NCBI GenBank assembly: GCA_041650595.1
Contig: JBAZKW010000003.1
Location: 44,843-108,842 of the forward strand
Length of the DNA stretch: 64,000 bases
Direction of reading: 5' to 3'
Source: Candidatus Margulisiibacteriota bacterium
Lineage (GTDB): Bacteria > Margulisbacteria > WOR-1 > JAKLHX01
The notes under the pieces are model-generated. The model did no database searches. It saw nothing but the letters and a program-made list of their open reading frames with translations, and had not been told where the DNA came from. Made by a program: the position numbers and the translations under genes. Positions 8,217 through 17,794 of this stretch are shown piece after piece. Position 1 is the stretch's first letter. Each line of letters starts with the position of its first letter.

Positions 8217-9113
8217 CTAAATATTAGTGGATTTCTTTAATTGATCAAGTTGGCTTTTAAGTATAACCGCTCCTGGGATCTGTGATAATTCTTGTAATAA
8301 TATTTTCAGTTTAGGAATAACACTTGATAGGTGGAAACACTCAATAATAATATCTGTGATAAGCGATATGTATTTTTCGATGTACAAATGGGATATTCCA
8401 AAAGAAGCAATATAATAGTTTTTATCAAATGCCAAAACTCCAGTTAGGCCACTATGAGTATCCCAGCATAACCTGGCATAGAGATATCGATAATCTTCGG
8501 CCATACCTACAAGATCGGCATTGCCAAAAATCTTTTTGCCAGTCCATGTGTCGGGCAGACTTGCCATTCCCCATAGTCGTTTATAAAGAATCTTATAATC
8601 TGCTGACTCGTTTTTATTAGCTACATATTTTTTTGCTTCACTTATAAAATCTTCGTTAATAATTGTAGCCGTTTTTGGATCTACCCCATTAATATACTTT
8701 TTTGCATACTCATATTTTTTTGCATCAACATATTGAAAATACTTGTTAGTGTCATCATTAATCATATTTAACCATAACAGCTTTGAATCAACTAATATTT
8801 CGAATATAGTTCTGCAATTGCTCGCAATAGTCTCATAGTATTTGATATTGTTTAATTCGATTACTGCATCCAGTCTTGAAACCATTCTTAGGTATAATCC
8901 TAATAGTATTTTCTCCTTATCTTTAAGTTTTAATTGCGACATCAAGATGGGAATGATGTATTTCCTTATAAAGACAAAATATTCTTTCGTACAAGTATAA
9001 AACGCATCTGCTCCTATCCTTGTAGTGCCTGGTTTCATGGTCTTTAAAAGTGCAAGATTCTCTTTGCTTAATTGATTGATCTCTCTTTCTATTGTTTCAA
9101 ACATTAGAATCAC
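8217..9113 (-). CDS. Hypothetical protein in a visibly AT-rich islet
   Basis: 298-aa uninterrupted ORF. Its composition is much more AT-rich than the neighbours (by eye). No confident domain call. Confidence 0.6.
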   Translation of the reverse strand: MILMFETIEREINQLSKENLALLKTMKPGTTRIGADAFYTCTKEYFVFIRKYIIPILMSQLKLKDKEKILLGLYLRMVSRLDAVIELNNIKYYETIASNCRTIFEILVDSKLLWLNMINDDTNKYFQYVDAKKYEYAKKYINGVDPKTATIINEDFISEAKKYVANKNESADYKILYKRLWGMASLPDTWTGKKIFGNADLVGMAEDYRYLYARLCWDTHSGLTGVLAFDKNYYIASFGISHLYIEKYISLITDIIIECFHLSSVIPKLKILLQELSQIPGAVILKSQLDQLKKSTNI

Positions 9114-9185
9114 TTCCTATCTTGTTTGGGCTAAATTATATTATACGTCAATTAGCAATAATCGAACAACTTAATGGCTTTATCT

Positions 9186-9201
9186 TGGAATGAAATTTGC
9201 T
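9186..9201 (+). promoter_or_regulatory. Candidate sigma-54 promoter (TGGAAT-N5-TTGCT)
   Basis: GG (9187-88) and GC (9199-200) are separated by exactly 10 nt, about 30-40 nt upstream of the ORF at 9230. Confidence 0.4.
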
Positions 9202-9229
9202 GCAAAATATATCGATGTTTAATTGAAAG

Positions 9230-10567
9230 GTGAATAAGATCATGCCGTTAACGATCGCTGGGCAATCAATAAGATGCGGGAATAGAAACTTTGTTGCAGC
9301 TGACCAACTTAAACATGAAAAGAATGGCCGTACTTTTGTGGTCAGAAGTCTTGTTGAAAGATGTGATTCAGGAGCGGCAAGAGCAGTAACGTGGCGCACA
9401 GAACCGGGGGCGGTTTGCACAAGTGATTTGATCACCGGAGGTCTTCCCGATCCCATAAATAAATTGTCGGCTGATCATCACACCCCGATAATATCTGAGG
9501 GCCGGCCATTGTTATTGTTAGGAAGCCCGTTAGAAAAAGCGTGGGGGTTTGAACATACTTTTACCATGATAGATCCACGCCAAGTGAACGATGTCTCTGA
9601 TGATCTAGGCCGGACCGCTAAATTGCCAGATGTGTTGAACCTATTCCCTGAAGGTTTCGGTATAAATCCAGAGACAAATCTAATCCTCTTAAAGATACTC
9701 AAGCCCGGCAGTACTCCGATAAAAAGCGATCTGTATCTTGAGGTCCATTGGGAAAAAGAAGAAGCTTATGTGGTCACAAAGATAGACAGGGAAGCTTGGC
9801 CGGACGGTGTTGCACAGATAGTTTGCGGACTTGATCCCGACTTGCTTGAACTATATAAATACAATTTTGCCGAATCCTGGGAAGCCAGATATAAGGCGGA
9901 TTTTAAAGCGGCTTCCGACGCTTATAGAATAGAAGTATACGAAAAATACACAGCGAACGGCGAAAGTGCGCCCGAAGAGGTTGAAAGTAAATTAAGACAA
10001 GAGGTATATCGTTTTATTGGGAAGAAAGATGTACGGGAAGGCGATGTTCTGGTATTCCCGAAAGGGACTGTACACTCTCTTCAGCACGGCATACAGGTAG
10101 CGGAGATACTCACCCCTCATTATGAAAGAGGGATAATACTCCCGACCCCGCAAAAAGTCACTTCTTTCGGAGGGGACTGGTCCACTGACAAGGCATTTGA
10201 CGCAATGATCATGAGATCTTATGAAAGCCCGGATTTTAACCTTGTCGCAAATCCGTTCGGCCATCAAATAGATGATCTCGTCTCGTTCCAAATGGGGAAC
10301 TATTTGCTGCGGGCGCACAGAGTCTACATGGAAAGTGGCGGCATATTCAATGATAATACGGAATATTATCCGAATTTAAGAAGTTACCATATGTTGCTTC
10401 CGATAAGCGGGAAGCTCACGGTGTCTTCAAACATAGCTGACAGCCTGCTTATAGGTCCGGAGCACGGACTGATAATACCGGCTTCAACCGGAGAATATGT
10501 GGTTGGCAACCCTTCTGGAGACGTATCAATATACTTAAAAATGTACCTGATGGCATGTTCAAGATAA
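9230..10567 (+). CDS. Cupin protein resembling class I mannose-6-phosphate isomerase
   Basis: PMI-like blocks (LEVHWEKEEAYVV; GDVLVFPKGTVHSLQHGIQVAEI). The start is ambiguous (GTG 9230 or ATG 9242). Confidence 0.5.
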   Translation: MNKIMPLTIAGQSIRCGNRNFVAADQLKHEKNGRTFVVRSLVERCDSGAARAVTWRTEPGAVCTSDLITGGLPDPINKLSADHHTPIISEGRPLLLLGSPLEKAWGFEHTFTMIDPRQVNDVSDDLGRTAKLPDVLNLFPEGFGINPETNLILLKILKPGSTPIKSDLYLEVHWEKEEAYVVTKIDREAWPDGVAQIVCGLDPDLLELYKYNFAESWEARYKADFKAASDAYRIEVYEKYTANGESAPEEVESKLRQEVYRFIGKKDVREGDVLVFPKGTVHSLQHGIQVAEILTPHYERGIILPTPQKVTSFGGDWSTDKAFDAMIMRSYESPDFNLVANPFGHQIDDLVSFQMGNYLLRAHRVYMESGGIFNDNTEYYPNLRSYHMLLPISGKLTVSSNIADSLLIGPEHGLIIPASTGEYVVGNPSGDVSIYLKMYLMACSR

Positions 10568-10834
10568 ATATACAGCAGCCACTAACGCGCGCCATTCTTC
10601 TGCTAGAATGAAGTAAGGAAACATAAAAATGCCACGTGACAGAAAACAGTACAACAAGGATATGACAAAACAAAAGATCGCTTACAGGAGCGCCCCTAAA
10701 CTATTTAGGACACAGCAAAGTTTATTTCACGGAAAACCTATACGGCAGGAGCCTGTTTCAAGTACAATATCGACAGAGCAAATTCCCGGTTCGCCTGCCC
10801 TGAACGACTAGCGTTAGCGAAGAGTCGAAGGGAA

Positions 10835-10851
10835 CCCTGCCGGCAGGCAGG
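10835..10851. repeat. Palindrome family A, truncated variant (CCCTGCCGGCAGGCAGG)
   Basis: It lacks 4 nt of one arm. It lies between the convergent genes 9230-10567 and 10872-11735. Confidence 0.7.
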
Positions 10852-10871
10852 CTAATAACGCTTGCCATTTT

Positions 10872-11735
10872 TTAACGCATCTCTTGTCCGCCGGTCACGT
10901 TTATGGCCTGGCCTGTCATGTAGCTGGAGTCATCAGAAGCTAAAAATATCATTAAGTTGCATACATCGTCATATGTGCATCCCCGCTTCATGGGTACTTG
11001 TTCAGTATAATACCTAAGGACATCTTCTACTGTTGTTGCGCCTGGTACTTTTCCGGCATCTAAATACTTTTGTAAAAGTCCTATGCCGGGGGTATTCCAT
11101 AGCGGCGAGTCTAGCAGATTTCCCGGACAGATCGCATTGACTCGTACATTGAACGGGGCAAACTCAAGAGCCAGGCTTTGGGTTAATCCTATGCCACCGA
11201 ATTTGCTTGTCGCATACGCAGCATTTGCTTGGCTGCCTTTTTTACCGGATTTAGAGTTGATCTGTATAATTGAGCCGCTTTTCTGCTCAATCATTACTCT
11301 TGCAGCGTGCTGTGCGAGAAGAAAGTAACCTGTGAGATTTACTGCTAAGACCTTGTTCCATTTCTCCAGATCAAATCCGATAGTTTTTCCTGACTCAACT
11401 ATCCCGGCATTTGAAACTGCGATATCGAGCCGCCCGAATTCTGATATTGCAGCATCAGCCAAACGTGCGACATCGGCTTCATCTCCAACATCCACCTTTC
11501 CGGCAACAAAGATTTTCCGGCCTGTTTTCATTGCGATTTGCTCCGCAGTTCTTAGTGCGGACTTGACGTTAATGTCCCCAATTATTACGTTTGCTCCTTC
11601 GCGTGCCAAGCGCTCAGTTATCGCCTGTCCCAATCCTTGTCCGCCGCCTGTGACGATCGCAACCCGGTCCTGCAATCTCGGCGCAAAAAGCGATTTCGTT
11701 GCAGAAAGATTTGTGCCAATTCCTGCTGCTCCCAT
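10872..11735 (-). CDS. SDR-family oxidoreductase (sorbitol-6-phosphate dehydrogenase-like)
   Basis: TGGGQGLG Rossmann motif and YATSK catalytic motif. The FGGIGLTQSLALEF...PGNLLDSPLW block resembles SrlD/GutD. Confidence 0.8.
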   Translation of the reverse strand: MGAAGIGTNLSATKSLFAPRLQDRVAIVTGGGQGLGQAITERLAREGANVIIGDINVKSALRTAEQIAMKTGRKIFVAGKVDVGDEADVARLADAAISEFGRLDIAVSNAGIVESGKTIGFDLEKWNKVLAVNLTGYFLLAQHAARVMIEQKSGSIIQINSKSGKKGSQANAAYATSKFGGIGLTQSLALEFAPFNVRVNAICPGNLLDSPLWNTPGIGLLQKYLDAGKVPGATTVEDVLRYYTEQVPMKRGCTYDDVCNLMIFLASDDSSYMTGQAINVTGGQEMR

Positions 11736-11828
11736 TTCTAATATCTCCTTTATGTTAAATTGCTTTCAATTTTTATCTCGACTCGATTTTTCAAAAATTT
11801 CACTGTTTTTTGATATTACAAGTTTTTC

Positions 11829-11899
11829 GCGCTTAGCTAAAGTTGGCTATAGTAATTGCTTGACAGGCAATGGATCACTGGGGAATCTCCAAACGTGCA
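11829..11899 (+). pseudogene. Full-length but degenerate tRNA-Val (GAC) copy
   Basis: GCGCTTAGCTAAAGTTGGCTATAGTAATTGCTTGACAGGCAATGGATCACTGGGGAATCTCCAAACGTGCA aligns along the whole of tRNA-Val (7801-7874). The acceptor and T stems no longer pair. Confidence 0.7.
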
Positions 11900-12044
11900 A
11901 AGAAAAGCCGGGATCGCATTGACATCTTTAGATGATCTCATATATGATATCTTTAGAATAACCCCGGAATATCACCCGTTCACACAATTGCATAAGCACT
12001 CAAGGTTTGCGTTGAGGAACTATTGAAATAAGGAAACAATTGAA

Positions 12045-12479
12045 TTGGCCTTTATAAAGCAGCTATATACTGAAAGTCCAATACCAAATACTCTTAAAGC
12101 CATTTTTGAATATCTTTACCTTGGCAAAAAGTCTGTCGGCAGTTATCAGGCTCCCAAAGCTCCAATAAGAATAAAACCCCAAATCGACCCCAACATCATA
12201 AAGACAACAACGAACATAGTTCAGGCAGTTGTTTTATTATCTCTATTGGCTTCTTCGATTGTTTTGATATTTGCTGTTTTGTCATTAAATTCTTCGCAGA
12301 ATATCTATGATTTCCAGACGATTGTAAATGATGAAGGGATATTTACCCAATTACTTGATAAAAGAACAGGAATAATATATACAAGTTTTTCAACACCCAC
12401 AAAAACTTATCAGTTAAATTGGAAGGTATCGTCCAAAACCGGTCTTCTTTCGATCATCAATAAAAAATACACCCGTTGA
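12045..12479 (+). CDS. Hypothetical membrane protein
   Basis: 144-aa ORF with one hydrophobic helix (VQAVVLLSLLASSIVLIFAVL). TTG start is uncertain. Confidence 0.4.
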   Translation: MAFIKQLYTESPIPNTLKAIFEYLYLGKKSVGSYQAPKAPIRIKPQIDPNIIKTTTNIVQAVVLLSLLASSIVLIFAVLSLNSSQNIYDFQTIVNDEGIFTQLLDKRTGIIYTSFSTPTKTYQLNWKVSSKTGLLSIINKKYTR

Positions 12480-12510
12480 CCTCTTGTACCGGGAAGTTTA
12501 TGTGCTCATT

Positions 12511-13080
12511 CTAAATACTTAGAAGCAATTCCTGGGCCTTCGGTCTTTCTATCTCCGCATATTCCCCGGGCTTGAGATCTCCCAATTGAATAGGACCGAT
12601 AGCGGTGCGGACAAGACGCAGGCAGGGTAGCCCGACAGCCGCAGTCATCTTCTTTATTTGATGGTTGCGCCCTTCACGGATCTTTATTTCCAGCCAGGAG
12701 GTCGGAATGCTTTTACGATAGCGTATAGGCTTAGATCTCGACCACAATTTAGGATCCTTATTCAATATCTCGGCCCGGGCCGGCAGAGTACGCCTGCCTT
12801 CTATTGACACGCCGCTCCTAAGTCCTGCCAGCATACTTTCTGTCGGGATCCCTTCCACCTGTGCAAGATAAGTTTTGAACTGCTTATTAGCCGGATTGCT
12901 GAATAATTGGTTAAACTCACCGTCGTCAGTGAGCAATAGCAACCCTTCGCTGTCCATGTCAAGCCGCCCTACCGCGTAAACACCGCCTATATCTATGTAA
13001 TCTTTTAAAGTAGGCCGTCCCGATAAATCCGTGAACTGGCATAATACGCCATAAGGCTTGTTAAAGATCAGGTATTTCAT
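12511..13080 (-). CDS. Pseudouridine synthase, RsuA/RluE family (no S4 domain)
   Basis: Catalytic motif VGRLDMDSEGLLLLTDDG. The 189-aa size fits RluE-type enzymes. Confidence 0.8.
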   Translation of the reverse strand: MKYLIFNKPYGVLCQFTDLSGRPTLKDYIDIGGVYAVGRLDMDSEGLLLLTDDGEFNQLFSNPANKQFKTYLAQVEGIPTESMLAGLRSGVSIEGRRTLPARAEILNKDPKLWSRSKPIRYRKSIPTSWLEIKIREGRNHQIKKMTAAVGLPCLRLVRTAIGPIQLGDLKPGEYAEIERPKAQELLLSI

Positions 13081-13141
13081 ATAAGCAGTATAGAATATAA
13101 ATCATGTTTTGTTTTAGGTGCTATAATCTTGTTCATCAGGC

Positions 13142-14068
13142 ATGAAAAGAGAATTCTTTTTCGTTATTAATCCCGCCTCTGCCGGAGGAAAGACCAAGAA
13201 GCTCTGGCCGCATATAAAAGCTTTGGCGGAAAAAGAAAATACCGAGTTCGGATTTTATCTGACCTCATACAGAATGGAAGCTTCAAGGATAACCTCCAGA
13301 GCTATTAAAGAGGGTTATAAAAGGATAATCGCGGTAGGCGGAGACGGCACTCTTAATGAGGTGCTCAACGGTTTTTGGGACGGGAACCGAAAGATTGCTC
13401 CGGACACATGCCTCGGATATTTTCCAAGCGGTACTGGAGAGGACTTTTCAAGGACTCTCGGCATAGAAAAACTCTCTATTGAGACACAAACAGAGAGGCT
13501 GCTTAAAGCACCGGGCACTTATATAGATATCGGCGAGGCGCATTTCCAAAAAGGTGACGGGAGTACTACCTCAAGAAAATTTATTAACGAATCCAGCGTC
13601 GGGTTTGGGGCGAACGTGACGGAGTTAGTAAACCGCTCCAATAAGATTTTCGGAGGTAAAACTTCATTTTTTACGGGTGTTTTGCGGTCCCTCTGTTTTC
13701 TAAAAAACCACTCAGTCCGTATAAAAGCTGACGGCAAAGACTTTTTTGAAGGAAAAACGCTCATAACTGCGGTAACCAACGGAAAATATTTCGGCGGCAG
13801 CATGATGATATCGCCGAAAGCCATGATAGATGACGGATTTTTTGACGTAGTGATCGCGCGAGAGATGAACAGAAAAGAAATATTAAGAGATATCGGCTCT
13901 ATTTATAGCGGCAATCATCTTTCTAACCCGAAAGTGCTGTCAATAAGGTGCAAAACGCTTTCAGTTCAAAGCGGGGAAAAGGTATTTCTTGAGATGGACG
14001 GGGAACCCGTAGGGCTGATAGACGCGCAGTTCAAACTGCTTGAAAAAGAGATAAGGTTTCTTCTTTGA
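13142..14068 (+). CDS. Diacylglycerol/lipid kinase family protein (YegS/BmrU-like)
   Basis: NP.SG N-terminus and the AVGGDGTLNEVLNG motif. Confidence 0.8.
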   Translation: MKREFFFVINPASAGGKTKKLWPHIKALAEKENTEFGFYLTSYRMEASRITSRAIKEGYKRIIAVGGDGTLNEVLNGFWDGNRKIAPDTCLGYFPSGTGEDFSRTLGIEKLSIETQTERLLKAPGTYIDIGEAHFQKGDGSTTSRKFINESSVGFGANVTELVNRSNKIFGGKTSFFTGVLRSLCFLKNHSVRIKADGKDFFEGKTLITAVTNGKYFGGSMMISPKAMIDDGFFDVVIAREMNRKEILRDIGSIYSGNHLSNPKVLSIRCKTLSVQSGEKVFLEMDGEPVGLIDAQFKLLEKEIRFLL

Positions 14069-14071
14069 TCT

Positions 14072-14629
14072 CTATTTTTCCGCAAAAAGGATGCCGCCCG
14101 GCGATTCCGCCAACAGATTAGGATCATTTATTTTCCAAAAAACAAATTTAATGGTCTTTATATAATGCTCGTAAGGCGGCTTTCCTTTGTAAACATAGAC
14201 CAGGTCTTTAATATTCTTTGTCTTTCGGTACTTGGCATAATATTTTGTGGTCGCTATCACTTCATGAGTTCTGTATATATTGTCGTATATTGACCTAAAC
14301 TTTGTATCGCAATTGTTAAAGCCCGTCAGATTGCGGGTGTGTTTTGGATAATGCTTGCCGAAAGTGCTCTCCGCTCCCGCTATCGCTACATATAGCCGCC
14401 AGTCAAGCTTGAACTTGTCCGCACAGTATAATATCTCGTTTATATGGCTTATCAGCGGGGTCCCCGGGTATCTGTAAAGGAATGCCCGAAGTCGTTCGGA
14501 CCTCAGGTCTCCGGATACCGTGGCCCCGGATAGTACTACGAAAACAAGCACTAATGTATATATAACTATATTATTAAGCTTGTTTTTAATTTTTTGGCTA
14601 AATTTTGCTATTTTCTTGTTCATATCCAT
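14072..14629 (-). CDS. Hypothetical membrane-anchored protein
   Basis: 185-aa ORF with an N-terminal TM helix. No confident domain. Confidence 0.5.
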   Translation of the reverse strand: MDMNKKIAKFSQKIKNKLNNIVIYTLVLVFVVLSGATVSGDLRSERLRAFLYRYPGTPLISHINEILYCADKFKLDWRLYVAIAGAESTFGKHYPKHTRNLTGFNNCDTKFRSIYDNIYRTHEVIATTKYYAKYRKTKNIKDLVYVYKGKPPYEHYIKTIKFVFWKINDPNLLAESPGGILFAEK

Positions 14630-14731
14630 CTACTTATATATCGTCATTTTTGAGGTGAAATTTCAGTAAATAAGGGAATTTTGAGCCGATGTCTTTGGGA
14701 AAGTCTTTATGGTTATATCTCGCTATTTGCG

Positions 14732-16117
14732 TTAATTTGCCACAAACATTTTTAGTATTTCGTGCAAAAATCGATCGGCATTGGCTTGCGGTAATCTTCG
14801 ACCAATCAAGGGATGAAGCCAAACAGCTTTCAGAACTAAATCGGGATCATTCTGTAAAAGACCGTTGACAAAATATATGCCGGCGTCTGCCTCCTGGATA
14901 ACAGAAGATCGAAATGGTTCGGGCAAAGAGGAATCCATTTTTTTGTCGAACCTTGGGCCTGTTCTATGCATGAAACAAGGGACTTCGACAAAGATATCCT
15001 TTGGGAGCCAGGGTATAAAAACTTTTCCGTCAGAATCCGAGTTTTTTGTACTTACGATTTGCCGGTCTTTTGAATCTGTCAAAATCGCAGCCAGTGCACG
15101 TGTGGCCATAAGCGCATAACCCGCCCCGCCGCGTTTTACAAGTTCAAAAAGGGTTTCGGAGATCGGCGAATTGGGATTTGCATATGCGTCAAGTTGATTC
15201 CTTTCCCATTGCATGACCTTGAATGCGCGAAAATCGGAGATAGCCGTAGCCTTTTGTTTTTCGACAACATCCGCGTGGTTCATCCGGTATTGCCAATACC
15301 AGTTTGGAAATAATCCGTGTTCCTTTACGATGTCAACATAAAAGGCGATGTCTTCCGTCTTCTCTATATCGAAATTCGCGGGAGGATTAGAAATAAATTT
15401 TATCACTTCTGCCGTTATATCTTCGCCGTCAAAAATGAAATGCCTAAAAAAGGAAAGGTGGTTTAGACCGATGGAATCTATTTGGATCCGGTCGGCAATT
15501 TGTTCATCTGTTTGACCGGACAATGAAGACCTTTGTATCTTTAGCGCACGGGCGATTTGGATCCTTATTTCAAACGGGATATTACAAAGACCGAGAACCG
15601 TATTAAAATTGGTCATCTGACCGACCGCCATTGAGAGCAGTCCTGCGGGGTTGGCAAAATTGAAAAAATAAGGATCTTTAGCAGCATTTGATTTTATTGC
15701 CGGAATAAGCTCTTGAAGAGCGTGGATCTGCCTGCTTAAAAGCCGCAAGCCCCCCAGCCCCATGGTCTCCTGGCCGATCAAACCATATAGAAGAGGAAGA
15801 GTTTCATCTTCCAGTCTTCCCGGCATTTTTCCCGCACGCATCATATTAAGAAAGATATGCGCCCCTTCAAAAGCCTTCTCTTTATCTGTGCTGACACTTA
15901 TAATAGAAGGATCAAGCCCATGGTCAGCCAAGACTCGCCTGGAAAACCTTCCGACGATTTCGACCCGTTCAGGCTCTTTATCATATAAAACAATTTTGCC
16001 GACTCTTTCTCTTAATATTGGCGAGAGGGCGTAATGAAGGATAAAATCCGGGAAATATGTGCTGGCTCCCCCGAGAGCTACCATGTTCAAATTTTTTGGT
16101 GCTGCAATTCTCATCAA
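14732..16117 (-). CDS. Glycoside hydrolase family 4-like (NAD-dependent phospho-glycosidase type)
   Basis: N-terminal Rossmann-like MVALGGASTYFP and a GLCNIP block typical of GH4. Confidence 0.6.
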   Translation of the reverse strand: MMRIAAPKNLNMVALGGASTYFPDFILHYALSPILRERVGKIVLYDKEPERVEIVGRFSRRVLADHGLDPSIISVSTDKEKAFEGAHIFLNMMRAGKMPGRLEDETLPLLYGLIGQETMGLGGLRLLSRQIHALQELIPAIKSNAAKDPYFFNFANPAGLLSMAVGQMTNFNTVLGLCNIPFEIRIQIARALKIQRSSLSGQTDEQIADRIQIDSIGLNHLSFFRHFIFDGEDITAEVIKFISNPPANFDIEKTEDIAFYVDIVKEHGLFPNWYWQYRMNHADVVEKQKATAISDFRAFKVMQWERNQLDAYANPNSPISETLFELVKRGGAGYALMATRALAAILTDSKDRQIVSTKNSDSDGKVFIPWLPKDIFVEVPCFMHRTGPRFDKKMDSSLPEPFRSSVIQEADAGIYFVNGLLQNDPDLVLKAVWLHPLIGRRLPQANADRFLHEILKMFVAN

Positions 16118-16146
16118 TCAGTTATCGGTTAGAAAAATGGAAAATT

Positions 16147-17289
16147 TCACACAATTTTGTGGAATGGGTTGCTATCCTTGCTTATAAAAAGGATCAATTC
16201 ATCTATATCTCTGGAAGATATGAACGGCACTCTTGCCATGAATTCAAAGAGTATGGGGAAGAATGCTTTTACTAATGTTCTTATTCCATCTCGTTGTTCA
16301 GAACCATCGGGGAACATCCTTTCGTCCACATGTCTAAAAATTCCGCTTACACCGTCTTGCCTATCGGCATTTGCAACAATAAAATCTATCATTGCGTCGG
16401 CGTCCTGCTCTGAACAAAGCCGCCTGATCGTATCTAGTTGTTCAAAGAAAAGTGCGGGTTGTATCGGTAATTCCGCGCTAAAACCAAAAGGAGTGTAATA
16501 AAATCGTTTTGTCGGTTCGTAATAATTGTACTGCATCTGGAGCATAAATTCAAAATAACTTCCGGTTGTCGCGTTGCGAGGAGGACAAATGTTGGATTTA
16601 AGCGTAGTTGCAAAAGTATCTGAGCCTCCCATATTTATTAAGGAAACAAACTTATGTTCGTCATCAGAGGTACTTGGCCAAAATCCCACCGCGGGATCAA
16701 TCGGATCGCCCGGATATTCCATCCTTTTCGGTTCTTCAACCTGAAATGAAGCTTCGATCCATTCTTTATAAGGATGTTCGTCCAGAGGGCACCAGATAGA
16801 GCCGTTGCCGACAGTGCGGTTCCACGGTGTTGTGTCGACGACATGATTCCCGTCGGTCAACAGAACTACATGGTAAGTCATGCGCTCCATATCATAATAC
16901 TTATTGCCCACATACTCTCTTAGATATACATCATAAAGATGGCAGTAATCGATCCTTGGAATAACATATCTGAGCATTCGTACGCCAAAATCATTTTGAA
17001 GAAGGATTTTGGATGCTAACCTTGAACTCCTTCCGCATTCGGACCAATGCAAACCCAAATCTTCCGGTTGCGATTCCAGCCTCAGCCCGTGATCATTCCA
17101 TTTATAATCCCCGTTTTTAATGAGCCATTCTATACCGTAAGCTTTTGTCCTTTCCTGTATTGATGGTGCAAGTAACGTCAATGATTCTCTTTCGGCAGCG
17201 GGAGAAAGAACCTGCGCTGCGGATCGACGCACTACCGGAGCAGCCGCGGCAATTTGTGATCTCTGCGGTATATTTCGTAGAAGCATCAA
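16147..17289 (-). CDS. Hypothetical protein with a possible Cys-His-Asp arrangement
   Basis: 380-aa ORF downstream of GH4. WSECGRSS ... YHVVLLTDGNHVVDTT is reminiscent of papain/transglutaminase-like folds (weak). Confidence 0.55.
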   Translation of the reverse strand: MMLLRNIPQRSQIAAAAPVVRRSAAQVLSPAAERESLTLLAPSIQERTKAYGIEWLIKNGDYKWNDHGLRLESQPEDLGLHWSECGRSSRLASKILLQNDFGVRMLRYVIPRIDYCHLYDVYLREYVGNKYYDMERMTYHVVLLTDGNHVVDTTPWNRTVGNGSIWCPLDEHPYKEWIEASFQVEEPKRMEYPGDPIDPAVGFWPSTSDDEHKFVSLINMGGSDTFATTLKSNICPPRNATTGSYFEFMLQMQYNYYEPTKRFYYTPFGFSAELPIQPALFFEQLDTIRRLCSEQDADAMIDFIVANADRQDGVSGIFRHVDERMFPDGSEQRDGIRTLVKAFFPILFEFMARVPFISSRDIDELILFISKDSNPFHKIV

Positions 17290-17360
17290 ATATTTATCGA
17301 TAGAATATTAGAGATATTTCATGAATATCCGGATAAAGTTTTGTAAAAGTTGGAGTATCC

Positions 17361-17774
17361 CTATATCCCCATAACCTTGACTATTATGCGTTTATTGCGT
17401 CTGCCGTCCCATTCGCCGTAAAAGATCTGCTGCCAGGGCCCGAAATCAAGCCGGCCGCCTGTGATGGGAACTATTATTTCGTGATTGAATAACAATGATT
17501 TCAAATGCGCATCACCGTTGGTCTCTCCCGTCTGATGATGCCTGTAATCGGGACGATCGGGAGCAATTTTTTCGGCCCATTCCAACAGGTCATGTTTTAT
17601 ACCGGGTTCTTCGTCGTTCACAAAGATCGAAGCGGTTATATGCATCGCGGAAACAAGCGCCATCCCGTCCTTTACGCCGGATTTATCAACTATATTTTCC
17701 ACCTGATGCGTTATATTCAGTATCTCTTTTTCTTTTTTGGTGTTGACGGTGATGTATTCGGTATGTGTTTTCAT
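17361..17774 (-). CDS. yjbQ: YjbQ/UPF0047 family protein (secondary thiamine-phosphate synthase)
   Basis: TASIFVNDEEPG...NGDAHLKSLL...GPWQQIFYGEWDG. The internal ATG (MKTHTEY) is preferred because the upstream extension translates a repeat. Confidence 0.85.
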   Translation of the reverse strand: MKTHTEYITVNTKKEKEILNITHQVENIVDKSGVKDGMALVSAMHITASIFVNDEEPGIKHDLLEWAEKIAPDRPDYRHHQTGETNGDAHLKSLLFNHEIIVPITGGRLDFGPWQQIFYGEWDGRRNKRIIVKVMGI

Positions 17775-17794
17775 GGCTGGAACCTCCTTTATAA

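Noticed and set aside
8217-9113. Calling the AT-rich 298-aa ORF an abortive-infection or defence gene
   Set aside because: The only evidence is its location in a tRNA-flanked islet and its atypical composition. I could not verify any motif, so it is kept as hypothetical.
10629-10811. 60-aa basic ORF with a plausible SD (AAGGAA) and a TAGAAT box upstream
   Set aside because: It is too short and of too low complexity to support without homology or expression data. It is left unannotated and could be a real small protein.
14634-14822. 62-aa ORF between 14072-14629 and the GH4 gene
   Set aside because: It overlaps the 3' end of the GH4-like gene in another frame and has no independent support.
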